Sequence record: MT446422.1
Length of the DNA stretch: 64,000 bases
Origin: Escherichia virus TH57
Strand: one strand, 5' to 3'
Positions within the stretch are counted from its first letter, which is position 1; each line of letters starts with the position of its first letter. Under the pieces are notes generated by a model. That model saw nothing but the letters and a program-made list of their open reading frames with translations. It searched no databases and was not told where the DNA came from. A program made the position numbers and the translations under genes. This document shows, piece by piece, positions 1-8,428 of the stretch.

Positions 1-164
1 AAATTGAAGTTGGCCGCCACAAAGGTCGTTTAATTGAACATTCACTTTACGAATTGTCGGATTCTCGTAAGTTACCCGATGAAGAATCTGCTTTAATTTT
101 TGCCGCGGCGGATTATATCCATTGGCTTGAAGCACAACTTCGCTTTTCTGATGAGGTCTTTTAA
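1..164 (+). CDS. 3' end of an ORF that starts upstream of the window (hypothetical protein)
   Basis: Frame open from the window edge (...IEVGRHKGRLIEHSLYELSDSRKLPDEESALIFAAADYIHWLEAQLRFSDEVF) to TAA 162-164, which overlaps the next ATG (TAATG coupling). Confidence 0.5.
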   Translation, partial: IEVGRHKGRLIEHSLYELSDSRKLPDEESALIFAAADYIHWLEAQLRFSDEVF

Positions 165-433
165 TGTTTTTAGAAATTGTTAATATTCATGCTGCTCAAT
201 CAGGTTTTATGAAAGAGCTTCAAGACGCAGGATTTAAAAATGGCGATGTTATCCAGGCGTTAAGACAACGTTTTGACCCTGATGTTGAATGTAATGTTTG
301 GGACGTTGTTGAAACAGATGAATACCTTTTTGATACCATAGAAATTGAAGGGTCATGGACTTGTATCACTGAGTATATGATAATTGATAATGGTAACGTT
401 GAATGCCATTATCCTTGTTTTAGGATTGTTTAA
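164..433 (+). CDS. hypothetical protein (89 aa)
   Basis: ORF track. Both ends are TAATG overlaps with neighbours, typical T4 early-gene packing. No motif recognised. Confidence 0.6.
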   Translation: MFLEIVNIHAAQSGFMKELQDAGFKNGDVIQALRQRFDPDVECNVWDVVETDEYLFDTIEIEGSWTCITEYMIIDNGNVECHYPCFRIV

Positions 434-609
434 TGAAAACTAAATTAGTCTATACTGAAAAGTTAAATGGTGCCAAGGTCTGGAAACTTCTTATCAAAGG
501 AAGTCCTACTGACCAGTTTATGGCCACCTGTGTGGGATTGTATACTCGCCCTACCAAAAAGATGATTCGTCAATTTAAACGGTTGCATCGCTCGTTCTAT
601 AATATTTAA
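433..609 (+). CDS. small hypothetical protein (58 aa) with basic RPTKK...HR tail
   Basis: Below the ORF-track cutoff. ATG 433 overlaps stop 431-433. MKTKLVYTEKLNGAKVWKLLIKGSPTDQFMATCVGLYTRPTKKMIRQFKRLHRSFYNI. The tail resembles ORF 24041..24262. Confidence 0.5.
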   Translation: MKTKLVYTEKLNGAKVWKLLIKGSPTDQFMATCVGLYTRPTKKMIRQFKRLHRSFYNI

Positions 610-644
610 TAAATACCCTTATCTAATAATGGTAAGGGTTTATT
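608..644 (+). promoter_or_regulatory. Gene 49 control region: late-like promoter AATAAATA plus a hairpin that sequesters the gene 49 SD
   Basis: AATAAATA 608-615. Stem ACCCTTA 615-621 / TAAGGGT 633-639, 11-nt loop, then TTATT. The SD AAGGG (634-638) is in the 3' arm, 6 nt before ATG 645. Confidence 0.55.
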
Positions 645-1118
645 ATGTTGTTGACTGGCAAATTATACAAAGAAGAAAAACAAAAACTTTATGATGCACA
701 AGCTGGTAAGTGTCCAATTTGCCACCGTGATTTGGACTCTGATGTTCAGGCCAACCATCTTGACCATGACCACGAATTGAACGGGCCAAAAGCCGGTAAG
801 GTTCGCGGGTTACTATGCAATCTGTGCAATGGAACAGAAGGGCAAATGAAGCATAAGTTCAGCCGTTCGGGTCTGAAAGGTCGTGATGTTGACTACCTGG
901 AATGGTTGGAGAGTTTGCTTGTCTATCTGAAATCTGATTATACCGAAAACAATATTCACCCCAATTTTGTAACAGACAAAGCCAAAGAGTTTGGCCGCCT
1001 GGGGAAAGAAGAAATGATTCGGGAAATGCTTTTGAATGGTATGACTTATAATGAATCTGACACCAAAACACAATTAATGGCTTCATTTAAGAAGCAGCTT
1101 AGAAAGAGTTTAAAATGA
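645..1118 (+). CDS. 49: Endonuclease VII (Holliday-junction resolvase), T4 gp49 homolog
   Basis: 157 aa, the T4 gp49 length. MLLTGKLYKEEKQK N-terminus, CPIC...HLDHDH...CNLCN zinc/HNH-like motifs and KKQLRKSLK C-terminus match my recollection of T4 EndoVII. nrdD follows, as in T4. Confidence 0.95.
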   Translation: MLLTGKLYKEEKQKLYDAQAGKCPICHRDLDSDVQANHLDHDHELNGPKAGKVRGLLCNLCNGTEGQMKHKFSRSGLKGRDVDYLEWLESLLVYLKSDYTENNIHPNFVTDKAKEFGRLGKEEMIREMLLNGMTYNESDTKTQLMASFKKQLRKSLK

Positions 1119-2932
1119 CAATTGAAAACGAAATTGAAGGATTGATTCATAAAACTAATAAAGACCTTTTAAACGAGAATGCTAATAAAGATTCTCGTGT
1201 TTTTCCAACTCAACGTGACCTTATGGCTGGTATTGTATCTAAACACATTGCCAAAAATATGGTCGCGTCTTTTATTATGAAAGCACATGAAAGCGGAATT
1301 ATTCATTTCCATGATATTGATTATTCCCCTGCTCTTCCATTTACTAATTGCTGTTTAGTAGATTTAAAAGGAATGCTTGAGAACGGATTTAAGCTTGGTA
1401 ACGCACAGATTGAAACTCCTAAATCAATTGGTGTTGCTACTGCAATTATGGCACAAATTACTGCACAGGTTGCTTCTCACCAATATGGTGGAACGACTTT
1501 TGCTAATGTAGACAAAGTATTTTCTCCTTATGTTAAACGTACATACGCAAAACATATTGAAGACGCAGAAAAATGGCAAATCACTGATGCATTGAATTAT
1601 GCCCAATCTAAAACAGAAAAAGACGTATACGATGCATTCCAAGCTTATGAATACGAAGTAAATACTCTCTTTAGTTCAAACGGACAAACGCCTTTTGTAA
1701 CCATTACATTTGGTACGGGAACTGACTGGACTGAACGAATGATTCAGAAAGCAATTCTGAAAAATCGTATCAAAGGTCTTGGTCGCGATGGGATAACTCC
1801 TATTTTCCCTAAACTTGTTATGTTCGTTGAAGAAGGTGTTAATCTTTATAAAGACGACCCGAACTATGATATTAAGCAGCTTGCTCTAGAGTGTGCAAGC
1901 AAAAGAATGTATCCTGATATTATTTCAGTTAAGAATAATAAAGCTATCACCGGTTCATCTATTCCTGTTTCTCCAATGGGTTGCCGTAGTTTCTTGAGCG
2001 TATGGAAAGATTCGACTGGTAATGAAATTCTTGATGGACGTAATAATCTTGGCGTTGTAACACTGAATCTTCCTCGTATTGCATTAGATTCTTATATTGG
2101 AACACAGTTCAATGAACAGAAATTTATCGAATTGTTTAATGAGCGAATGGATTTATGTTTTGAAGCATTGATGTGCAGAATTAGTTCCTTAAAAGGAATT
2201 AAAGCGACTGTTGCTCCTATTCTTTACCAAGAAGGTGCGTTCGGGGTTCGTCTTAAACCTGATGATGATATAATTGAGTTATTTAAAAACGGTAGAAGTT
2301 CAGTGTCTTTGGGATACATTGGTATTCACGAATTGAATATTCTTGTCGGTCGTGATATTGGGCAGGAAATTTTAACTAAAATGAATGCTCGTCTTAAGCA
2401 GTGGACCGAAAGAACCGGTTTTGCTTTTAGCTTGTATTCTACTCCCGCTGAAAACCTTTGTTATCGATTCTGTAAACTTGATACTGAAAAATATGGAAGT
2501 GTAAAAGATGTTACCGATAAAGGATGGTACACTAACAGTTTCCATGTTTCAGTAGAAGAAAATATTACTCCGTTTGAAAAGATTTCTCGCGAAGCACCAT
2601 ATCATTTCATTGCGACAGGTGGTCACATTTCTTATGTTGAACTTCCTGATATGAAAAATAACTTAAAAGGTCTTGAGGCTGTATGGGATTATGCTGCACA
2701 ACATTTAGATTATTTTGGTGTTAATATGCCAGTAGATAAATGTTTTACGTGTGGAAGTACCCATGAGATGACTCCTACTGAAAACGGATTTGTTTGTTCT
2801 ATTTGTGGAGAAACTGACCCTAAAAAGATGAACACAATAAGAAGAACATGCGGCTATCTTGGAAACCCGAACGAACGCGGATTTAATCTCGGCAAAAATA
2901 AAGAAATCATGCATAGGGTTAAACACCAATGA
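1115..2932 (+). CDS. nrdD: Anaerobic ribonucleoside-triphosphate reductase, large subunit
   Basis: 605 aa, as in T4 NrdD. C-terminal zinc ribbon CFTCGS...CSICG and glycyl-radical motif RRTCGYLG. Contiguous, with no intron. Confidence 0.95.
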   Translation: MTIENEIEGLIHKTNKDLLNENANKDSRVFPTQRDLMAGIVSKHIAKNMVASFIMKAHESGIIHFHDIDYSPALPFTNCCLVDLKGMLENGFKLGNAQIETPKSIGVATAIMAQITAQVASHQYGGTTFANVDKVFSPYVKRTYAKHIEDAEKWQITDALNYAQSKTEKDVYDAFQAYEYEVNTLFSSNGQTPFVTITFGTGTDWTERMIQKAILKNRIKGLGRDGITPIFPKLVMFVEEGVNLYKDDPNYDIKQLALECASKRMYPDIISVKNNKAITGSSIPVSPMGCRSFLSVWKDSTGNEILDGRNNLGVVTLNLPRIALDSYIGTQFNEQKFIELFNERMDLCFEALMCRISSLKGIKATVAPILYQEGAFGVRLKPDDDIIELFKNGRSSVSLGYIGIHELNILVGRDIGQEILTKMNARLKQWTERTGFAFSLYSTPAENLCYRFCKLDTEKYGSVKDVTDKGWYTNSFHVSVEENITPFEKISREAPYHFIATGGHISYVELPDMKNNLKGLEAVWDYAAQHLDYFGVNMPVDKCFTCGSTHEMTPTENGFVCSICGETDPKKMNTIRRTCGYLGNPNERGFNLGKNKEIMHRVKHQ

Positions 2933-3399
2933 ATTACGATAGAATATATCCTTGCGATTTTATTAATGGTCCTGGCTGCAGGGCCGTTCTTTTCGTTACA
3001 GGTTGTTTGCATAAATGCGAAGGGTGTTATAATAAATCAACATGGAATGCTAGAAATGGTGTTCCATTCACTGGTGAAACACTAGAACAATTAATTGAAT
3101 GTTTGAATAATGATTATATAGAAGGATTGACTATAACTGGAGGAGACCCTCTCTATCCCGATAACCGAGATGTTATTCACTCTGTGGTTCAAACTATTAA
3201 AAATCTTTATCCCAATAAAAGCATTTGGTTGTGGACCGGATATAAGTTTGAAGATATTAAACAACTAGAAATGCTTAAATATGTTGATGTTATTATTGAT
3301 GGGAAGTATGAGAAAAATCTTCCGACCAAAAAACTGTGGCGAGGGTCAGATAATCAGCGACTTTGGTCAAATACCGATGGGGTGTGGAAACATGATTAA
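2929..3399 (+). CDS. nrdG: Anaerobic ribonucleotide reductase activating protein (radical SAM)
   Basis: 156 aa. CLHKCEGC = CxxxCxxC radical-SAM cluster motif. ATGA overlap with nrdD. Confidence 0.9.
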   Translation: MNYDRIYPCDFINGPGCRAVLFVTGCLHKCEGCYNKSTWNARNGVPFTGETLEQLIECLNNDYIEGLTITGGDPLYPDNRDVIHSVVQTIKNLYPNKSIWLWTGYKFEDIKQLEMLKYVDVIIDGKYEKNLPTKKLWRGSDNQRLWSNTDGVWKHD

Positions 3400-3513
3400 A
3401 TTTAATTATATTATGGACACTATAAATGATATGATTTTTCATTTTGGTCCAGAATTTTATTCGCAGTATAGTTTAGTGTTTATCAATGCTTGGTTAATCA
3501 ATTAAGGGTAAAT

Positions 3514-3729
3514 ATGAATAAATTTCGTAATGCTACAGCAGATATTCTGGCAAACATAACGCTTGTGTTGTTCATCGTTTGTCTGCTTATTCTGGCTATC
3601 CCGTTTGGTTTACTGTTTGTTATCATCGGTTGGTTAAGCACCAATCCTGGCCTAGAAAGCTCTGAATTCAACAAACGAATCCAGGCTATTCATAGTACCA
3701 TTGCAAAAATGATGAAGGTGAAAGAATGA
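3514..3729 (+). CDS. small membrane protein (71 aa)
   Basis: ATG 3514 preceded by TAAGGG SD. Long hydrophobic stretch ANITLVLFIVCLLILAIPFGLLFVIIGWL. The ORF-track start 3490 is a non-ATG extension. Confidence 0.55.
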   Translation: MNKFRNATADILANITLVLFIVCLLILAIPFGLLFVIIGWLSTNPGLESSEFNKRIQAIHSTIAKMMKVKE

Positions 3730-4025
3730 AACGTTTTGAAGAATATGTAGCTACTAATTGGACCGCGTGGGACAAATTCGGTGATGAATGGTACTTCCAC
3801 GACTGTGACCTGGACCCGAAATTCTTTGCTGATAAAGAAGAAGACCTTAAAGATATCTATGCTCTATCTGAGATTCATGGAATCAAACCGACGGTTTATT
3901 TCTCTTTCAATGACACAGGTTTCCTTATTCAGGTTTATGTCCCGTATGCAACCGCCAGCGATGAAGAAGTTATTAAAACCTGGAACTACCAAGGAGTGAT
4001 TTCCTGTGGGCCAAAACTCGACTAA
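3726..4025 (+). CDS. hypothetical protein (99 aa)
   Basis: ORF track. ATGA overlap with upstream ORF. Confidence 0.6.
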   Translation: MKRFEEYVATNWTAWDKFGDEWYFHDCDLDPKFFADKEEDLKDIYALSEIHGIKPTVYFSFNDTGFLIQVYVPYATASDEEVIKTWNYQGVISCGPKLD

Positions 4026-4323
4026 GATTGAAATTTATGGTATCCCCGAAGAAGTCGGTCGATGCCCTGGTTGTATGCACGTAAGGAGCCTTCTGGGCTC
4101 CTTAAACCTTCCTTATACATTCTATTCAGTCCTTAACAAACAAGGCTCTGAAATCGCTTATGACAGGCCTTTAATCATGTCTTTGGCTAAGCGTGCTGGA
4201 TATCCTACCCTTAACATTCGTTACCCAGTGATTTTTGTCAATGATGAAAAAATGACAAATATTCCTGCCTTTAAAACAAAACTGATATCCCTGGGGTACG
4301 ACCAGGACTTAATTGAAGATTAA
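4006..4323 (+). CDS. glutaredoxin/thioredoxin-fold redoxin (NrdH/NrdC-like)
   Basis: IEIYG...CPGC active-site CxxC near the N-terminus and YPVIFVND (cis-Pro region). Size and position next to nrdG/nrdD as for T4 nrdH. GTG 4006 start behind AAGGAG (3990-3995). Confidence 0.6.
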   Translation: MGQNSTKIEIYGIPEEVGRCPGCMHVRSLLGSLNLPYTFYSVLNKQGSEIAYDRPLIMSLAKRAGYPTLNIRYPVIFVNDEKMTNIPAFKTKLISLGYDQDLIED

Positions 4324-4329
4324 AAAGGG

Positions 4330-4359
4330 GTGTACAAGCCCCTTTGAACGGTGTATCAT
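4330..4359 (+). promoter_or_regulatory. early (sigma-70 type) promoter
   Basis: -35 GTGTACA 4330-4336 (in the loop of the GGGG/CCCC hairpin 4327-4342), 17-nt spacer, -10 TATCAT 4354-4359. Leader CCATCAACTACTGATGAGGA. Confidence 0.6.
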
Positions 4360-4390
4360 TATCCCATCAACTACTGATGAGGAAAACAAA

Positions 4391-4573
4391 ATGGTTATTG
4401 AAGATAAAGAAATTAAACTTGACCATTATTATTCTGTAAATGGTTATCCTATACAAGTAACCAAAGTGACTGACCAAGATGTATGGTATCGTCCTTTGAA
4501 ATGGCCAGACGCTCCGTTGATGGTGTGCGACCGTAGCTTGTTCAATACAGTTGCGAAAGGACCTAAATTATGA
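4391..4573 (+). CDS. hypothetical protein (60 aa)
   Basis: ATG 4391 behind GAGGA of a conserved early leader (CCATCAACTACTGATGAGGA). The ORF-track start 4313 lies upstream of the promoter and is unlikely. Confidence 0.55.
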   Translation: MVIEDKEIKLDHYYSVNGYPIQVTKVTDQDVWYRPLKWPDAPLMVCDRSLFNTVAKGPKL

Positions 4574-4824
4574 GCCTGAAATTACACTCAATGAAAAATA
4601 TCATTACCCTTAATCTGGATGATGAGCGCCTGATTTTTCTCACCGTCACTGATAAGAATATTGAAATTGCAAATGGTCCTAAGACTTATTGTTGCCCAGT
4701 GAAGAATTGGAAACATGTAACCTTTTTGACCCTGGGTGAACGCCTGAAAGACCTTAAGTTGGATTTGGATGTCAAAGATATCCAGTACATTAAAAATCTT
4801 ATTGGATACAAACTGTTGAGGTAA
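4570..4824 (+). CDS. hypothetical protein (84 aa)
   Basis: ORF track. ATGA overlap. Confidence 0.55.
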   Translation: MSLKLHSMKNIITLNLDDERLIFLTVTDKNIEIANGPKTYCCPVKNWKHVTFLTLGERLKDLKLDLDVKDIQYIKNLIGYKLLR

Positions 4825-4826
4825 CT

Positions 4827-5120
4827 ATGGGTAAAACTATCCGTCGTAAAGAATTGTCTGTAAAAGATTTTTATTATTCCGGACGTCGTAAAGCACCAGA
4901 CGGTGTAAGTCAGGAACAAGTTGAAGAAAATATTTTCCGTTCAGACAAATGGAAGCGTATGCGTGGCGTTGATTCAGAAGTCAAGAATGAAATGAATCGT
5001 CAACTGCGCAAAGAAGTTCGCCAGTTGAAAAAAGATGTATACGTTGAGGATGATTTTGATTATAATACTTCTCACCGTGTTGCAAAGCGTAAATCAAATG
5101 AATGTTATCGTTACAGTTGA
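4827..5120 (+). CDS. hypothetical basic protein (97 aa)
   Basis: ORF track. GAGG SD 5 nt upstream. Lys/Arg rich. Confidence 0.55.
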   Translation: MGKTIRRKELSVKDFYYSGRRKAPDGVSQEQVEENIFRSDKWKRMRGVDSEVKNEMNRQLRKEVRQLKKDVYVEDDFDYNTSHRVAKRKSNECYRYS

Positions 5121-5127
5121 GGAAAAT

Positions 5128-5259
5128 ATGAATATCAAACGTATGCTTTTTAAACAAGGGTTATACACTTTAAATTCTGCTCCAAAAGGCGATACAACCA
5201 AGTGGTCAGTAAATGACTGGATTGAATTTATTGATGAAAACGGTAACTGGAAAATTTAA
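5128..5259 (+). CDS. small hypothetical protein (43 aa)
   Basis: ATG 5128 behind GAGGAAAAT. The longer track ORF (5035) overlaps the previous gene in another frame. Confidence 0.45.
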   Translation: MNIKRMLFKQGLYTLNSAPKGDTTKWSVNDWIEFIDENGNWKI

Positions 5260-5457
5260 ATGAACCCTGAATCTAAATTATCACAGCGAATTGCTGAAGC
5301 TCGTCGCCAGTTTTTTGAAAATATGATAGCTCAAGGTATCGATGACGAAGTTTTTCTAAACTGGTTTTGGAATCACAAGTATTCAAGTTGTTCAGGAGCG
5401 ATATTCATATCAGCCGCAATGATGTATGAAGGCTGGAAAGCGGCTAAAGCGCAATAA
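5260..5457 (+). CDS. hypothetical protein (65 aa)
   Basis: ORF track. Starts immediately after the upstream stop. Confidence 0.5.
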   Translation: MNPESKLSQRIAEARRQFFENMIAQGIDDEVFLNWFWNHKYSSCSGAIFISAAMMYEGWKAAKAQ

Positions 5458-5472
5458 AAACCAACGGGGTCA

Positions 5473-5481
5473 TGGTATAAT
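5473..5481 (+). promoter_or_regulatory. extended -10 promoter candidate
   Basis: TGgTATAAT inside the hairpin GGGTCAT/ATGACCC (5467-5486), upstream of ORF 5530. Confidence 0.4.
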
Positions 5482-5529
5482 GACCCTAGGATAATAAAAT
5501 TTTAATTTAATGAGACTGAGGAATATATC

Positions 5530-5856
5530 ATGACTGCATCTATCACTAACATCATCGCTAATTTCGCATTTACTAAAGTTAACACTCTGATGAAATCTGG
5601 TTTTGTTACTCCTGAGATTCTGGACCAGTGGGAAGGCGATGTACAGAAACTGATTATTGCAGAAGGTCAGACAATGGGTAAAGCGCGTATTCGTGAAAGC
5701 CTTGTCCAGTATATCCTGAATGAATTTGATGTAGTAGCGTTTGGTTTACCGCTTCTGCGTGAAAACAAAGAAGTTTCTGATAAAGCTATCAAGCGTATGA
5801 AGTCCCAACGCAAGAAGGGGTTTGTTGACCTGAAAATTGTTAAGGGTGCAAAATGA
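5530..5856 (+). CDS. hypothetical protein (108 aa)
   Basis: ORF track. GAGGAATATATC-ATG SD. Preceded by TGgTATAAT (5473-5481). Confidence 0.6.
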   Translation: MTASITNIIANFAFTKVNTLMKSGFVTPEILDQWEGDVQKLIIAEGQTMGKARIRESLVQYILNEFDVVAFGLPLLRENKEVSDKAIKRMKSQRKKGFVDLKIVKGAK

Positions 5857-6116
5857 TGTGCCCTGCTATTGAATTACCTGAAGGTGTTGCGGTAATAGTA
5901 TCCTACAAACATACGTATGCTAATGGAATTCGCCGAGCTCATAAAATTAGTCACGGTTACTATTTACAAAGGACTTTAAATTATTTCATTTCAATGGGAT
6001 ATGAATTCAGAATCTATCCTATGTGTACTAAAACCAAGTACACTAAAATCGATGCTTGGGAAGCTTGGGCGGAAGGCATGACATTAGACGAATTCCTGGA
6101 CTACTTAAATGATTAA
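5853..6116 (+). CDS. hypothetical protein (87 aa)
   Basis: ORF track. ATGA overlap. Confidence 0.55.
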   Translation: MMCPAIELPEGVAVIVSYKHTYANGIRRAHKISHGYYLQRTLNYFISMGYEFRIYPMCTKTKYTKIDAWEAWAEGMTLDEFLDYLND

Positions 6117-6375
6117 AATAAAACTCTCTAATTACGATAAAAACCTGGAAATGATTACTATGAAAGAAGAACTCCTGAATGATGTCCGCTTGACGGGTTA
6201 TGCAGTTCAATTTAATGATGTTGGTGTCCTCCAGATTGAAGGCGACCACTTTATTATTGAATATGAATTCCATCAGTATTGGTTGTATGCCAAAGATGAA
6301 GTAGGTGGGATTGATTATGTTGACCAGTTTGATAAGCTTGACGATGTTTTAGAAGCTGCCCAGATGGTTTACTGA
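6109..6375 (+). CDS. hypothetical protein (88 aa)
   Basis: ORF track. Overlaps the upstream stop. Confidence 0.5.
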   Translation: MIKIKLSNYDKNLEMITMKEELLNDVRLTGYAVQFNDVGVLQIEGDHFIIEYEFHQYWLYAKDEVGGIDYVDQFDKLDDVLEAAQMVY

Positions 6376-6641
6376 TGCACATCAATCATACAATGATATC
6401 CGTCCAGGACCTGGGAACGTTTTGGGTGGATGAATTTATGAAAATAACATTCTTCCCGCATGCAGAAGGGTATGGCTCTTGGGAGTCTCATATCGGTATG
6501 CTGAATGAAGGACAATACCGCAACGAGCATGACCGTTTGATGGAATTCATTAGCGATGCCGAGGTTATTCCTTATATTGACATCCATGAATTTAAGGCAA
6601 TTATGGAGAAGGTCTTTCAGGCTTACTGTTTACTTCGCTAA
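6375..6641 (+). CDS. hypothetical protein (88 aa)
   Basis: ORF track. TGATG overlap. Confidence 0.5.
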   Translation: MHINHTMISVQDLGTFWVDEFMKITFFPHAEGYGSWESHIGMLNEGQYRNEHDRLMEFISDAEVIPYIDIHEFKAIMEKVFQAYCLLR

Positions 6642-6666
6642 TGCTTTGTATTAAGGATGATATAAT
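6642..6666 (+). promoter_or_regulatory. MotA-dependent middle promoter candidate (gene 55)
   Basis: MotA-box-like TGCTTTG 6642-6648, 12-nt spacer, TATAAT 6661-6666. Confidence 0.55.
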
Positions 6667-6689
6667 ATTCATATACTAAGTGAGGCGAT

Positions 6690-7247
6690 ATGAACGAAAT
6701 TAAATTAACCAAGAATAACTATGTAAATAATAAAGAGCTTTTGAAAGCTATTTCGGAGTGGAAACAGAAGCTGAATGCGAACACCGACCCGAACAAAATT
6801 ATTCGCCAGAACGATGTTATTGGTCTGGCGATTATGCTTATAGCCGAAGGTCTTAGCAAACGTTTCAACTTCTCCGGATATACCCAATCCTGGAAGCAAG
6901 AAATGATAGCAGACGGAATTGAGGCCGCAATAAAAGGTCTTCATAACTTCGACGAAACAAAATACGATAATCCACATGCTTACATAACAATGGCTTGCTT
7001 CAATGCTTTCGTTCAGCGTATCAAAAAAGAACGTAAAGAAATGGCAAAGAAATATAGCTACTTCGTCCATAACGTATATGATTCACGTGACGACGATATG
7101 GTGGCTCTGGCTGATGAAACATTTATCCAGGACATCTACGACAAAATGACACAGTACGAATCCTCTTTAGTTAAAGCGCCAGGGTCTGATAAGAGCGCCA
7201 AAGATAAAGAAGGTGATTTGGATTTTTTATATGGAACATCAATTTGA
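6690..7247 (+). CDS. 55: Late-transcription sigma factor gp55
   Basis: 185 aa, the T4 gp55 length. C-terminal DLDFLYG matches the sliding-clamp-binding tail known for gp55. Position between the nrd genes and 47. Confidence 0.9.
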   Translation: MNEIKLTKNNYVNNKELLKAISEWKQKLNANTDPNKIIRQNDVIGLAIMLIAEGLSKRFNFSGYTQSWKQEMIADGIEAAIKGLHNFDETKYDNPHAYITMACFNAFVQRIKKERKEMAKKYSYFVHNVYDSRDDDMVALADETFIQDIYDKMTQYESSLVKAPGSDKSAKDKEGDLDFLYGTSI

Positions 7248-7464
7248 TATTACCGATTTTTTAGATAAAATCGAGGAAGACTTTACTGCGCTCCCATATT
7301 TCATTAAACTTTATCTGCGAGACATAAAAGGTCTTCCAATTGATATCGACCCTTTAAACGTCCGGAATCTGGAATTTACTTCACCGGATAATAACGTTGA
7401 TTACCGTTATCATGTGGATAATGCTAATCTATATTTTACAATTGAGTTAACTCCCAAGGATTAA
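7231..7464 (+). CDS. hypothetical protein (77 aa)
   Basis: First ATG (7231) of track ORF 7213..7464. Overlaps the end of gene 55. Confidence 0.45.
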   Translation: MEHQFDITDFLDKIEEDFTALPYFIKLYLRDIKGLPIDIDPLNVRNLEFTSPDNNVDYRYHVDNANLYFTIELTPKD

Positions 7465-7465
7465 T

Positions 7466-7777
7466 ATGCAAGCTCCAGATATTTCTCAACTGACCGATAA
7501 GCAGATTGAAGAAGCACAGGAACGTCTCGAAGAAGCGAACGCACTCGAAGCGCAGAGTCAAGCAGCAAAGATTCTGAAAAAGAATGCTCGTGAAATTGCA
7601 CGACTGAATAAGCATGCTCAAGGGGCAGTGCTGGAAAACAATTTTGAAGCATACAAATATGCTTTAGTTAAACTGCGTGGAATTTACCGCCAACCAGTTA
7701 CGGAAGACCTGATTAAGTTGATGTGGGAAACTACTCGCAAACAAATTTGGGAAATCGTAAATGGCATTAGTAAATAA
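7466..7777 (+). CDS. hypothetical coiled-coil protein (103 aa)
   Basis: ORF track. Glu/Ala/Lys-rich N-terminal half. Confidence 0.55.
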   Translation: MQAPDISQLTDKQIEEAQERLEEANALEAQSQAAKILKKNAREIARLNKHAQGAVLENNFEAYKYALVKLRGIYRQPVTEDLIKLMWETTRKQIWEIVNGISK

Positions 7778-7964
7778 ACCTTTTAAACGGCTTCTTGTTG
7801 GAGCCGCTTTCAGACTTCGCTCATACGGTAATATCTGTATCAAGCAGACCGAAACCGAATATAAAATGGTTGGTCAGTATTCTGATGGTATTTTTCAGAT
7901 TGAGCCTGTGGCCAAGGTTTGGGTGGATTCACACCAACTTAAGAAATGGTGGCAACGATGGTAG
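7761..7964 (+). CDS. questionable small ORF (67 aa)
   Basis: ORF track only. No SD, and a hairpin (CGGCT/AGCCG, about 7794-7814) lies inside its 5' part. Confidence 0.3.
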   Translation: MALVNKPFKRLLVGAAFRLRSYGNICIKQTETEYKMVGQYSDGIFQIEPVAKVWVDSHQLKKWWQRW

Positions 7965-8054
7965 GATTTTATGAAAGCGGATGTAACGAAGACGAACATC
8001 CGGATTTTTAAGCTTATGAACGACGAATAAGAAAAAGTTTAAGAGGTTTTATGA

Positions 8055-8228
8055 ATGACGAATTCGACGGATTTTGATAAGATTAAATCTGGCAAAAATG
8101 AGATGATACTTCAATTTGAAGCCGCTCGTATTAAAGCAGAAAATGAAGGCACTATTACCCATAAGAAAATCAAGTTCAAGTCTAATCGCGAACCTCTGTA
8201 TGGTGTATTAATTGGAAAGGAAGCCTAG
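8055..8228 (+). CDS. small hypothetical protein (57 aa)
   Basis: Below the track cutoff. AAGAGG 8 nt upstream. MTNSTDFDKIKSGKNEMILQFEAARIKAENEGTITHKKIKFKSNREPLYGVLIGKEA. A terminator follows. Confidence 0.45.
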   Translation: MTNSTDFDKIKSGKNEMILQFEAARIKAENEGTITHKKIKFKSNREPLYGVLIGKEA

Positions 8229-8240
8229 TGCTTCCTTTTT
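8219..8240 (+). terminator. rho-independent terminator
   Basis: GGAAGC 8219-8224 / GCTTCC 8230-8235, 5-nt loop, T5 run. Confidence 0.7.
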
Positions 8241-8264
8241 GCTTTATATTCGGGATGATAAAAT
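8240..8264 (+). promoter_or_regulatory. MotA-dependent middle promoter (gene 47 unit)
   Basis: TGCTTTA 8240-8246, 12-nt spacer, TAAAAT 8259-8264. Confidence 0.65.
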
Positions 8265-8284
8265 GAACCAACTGAGGAGAACAT

Positions 8285-8428
8285 ATGGAATTATTTTTAG
8301 GATATGTTGTGTTATTCATGGCATTCTACACATTCACACGAGCTTGTTGGATAGGATTCTTTTCTACTCCTGACGGGTTCATTTCAATAATTTTATTTTG
8401 CACTGCGATAACGGCGCTTGGCTTATGA
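8285..8428 (+). CDS. small membrane peptide (47 aa) coupled to gene 47
   Basis: Below the track cutoff. GAGGAGAACAT-ATG. MELFLGYVVLFMAFYTFTRACWIGFFSTPDGFISIILFCTAITALGL. Its stop overlaps the gene 47 ATG (ATGA). Confidence 0.5.
   Translation: MELFLGYVVLFMAFYTFTRACWIGFFSTPDGFISIILFCTAITALGL

Noticed and set aside
1115-2932. Looked for the group I intron / homing endonuclease that interrupts T4 nrdD
   Set aside because: nrdD reads through as a single 605-aa frame. No intron-sized insertion, and no GIY-YIG or HNH ORF nearby.
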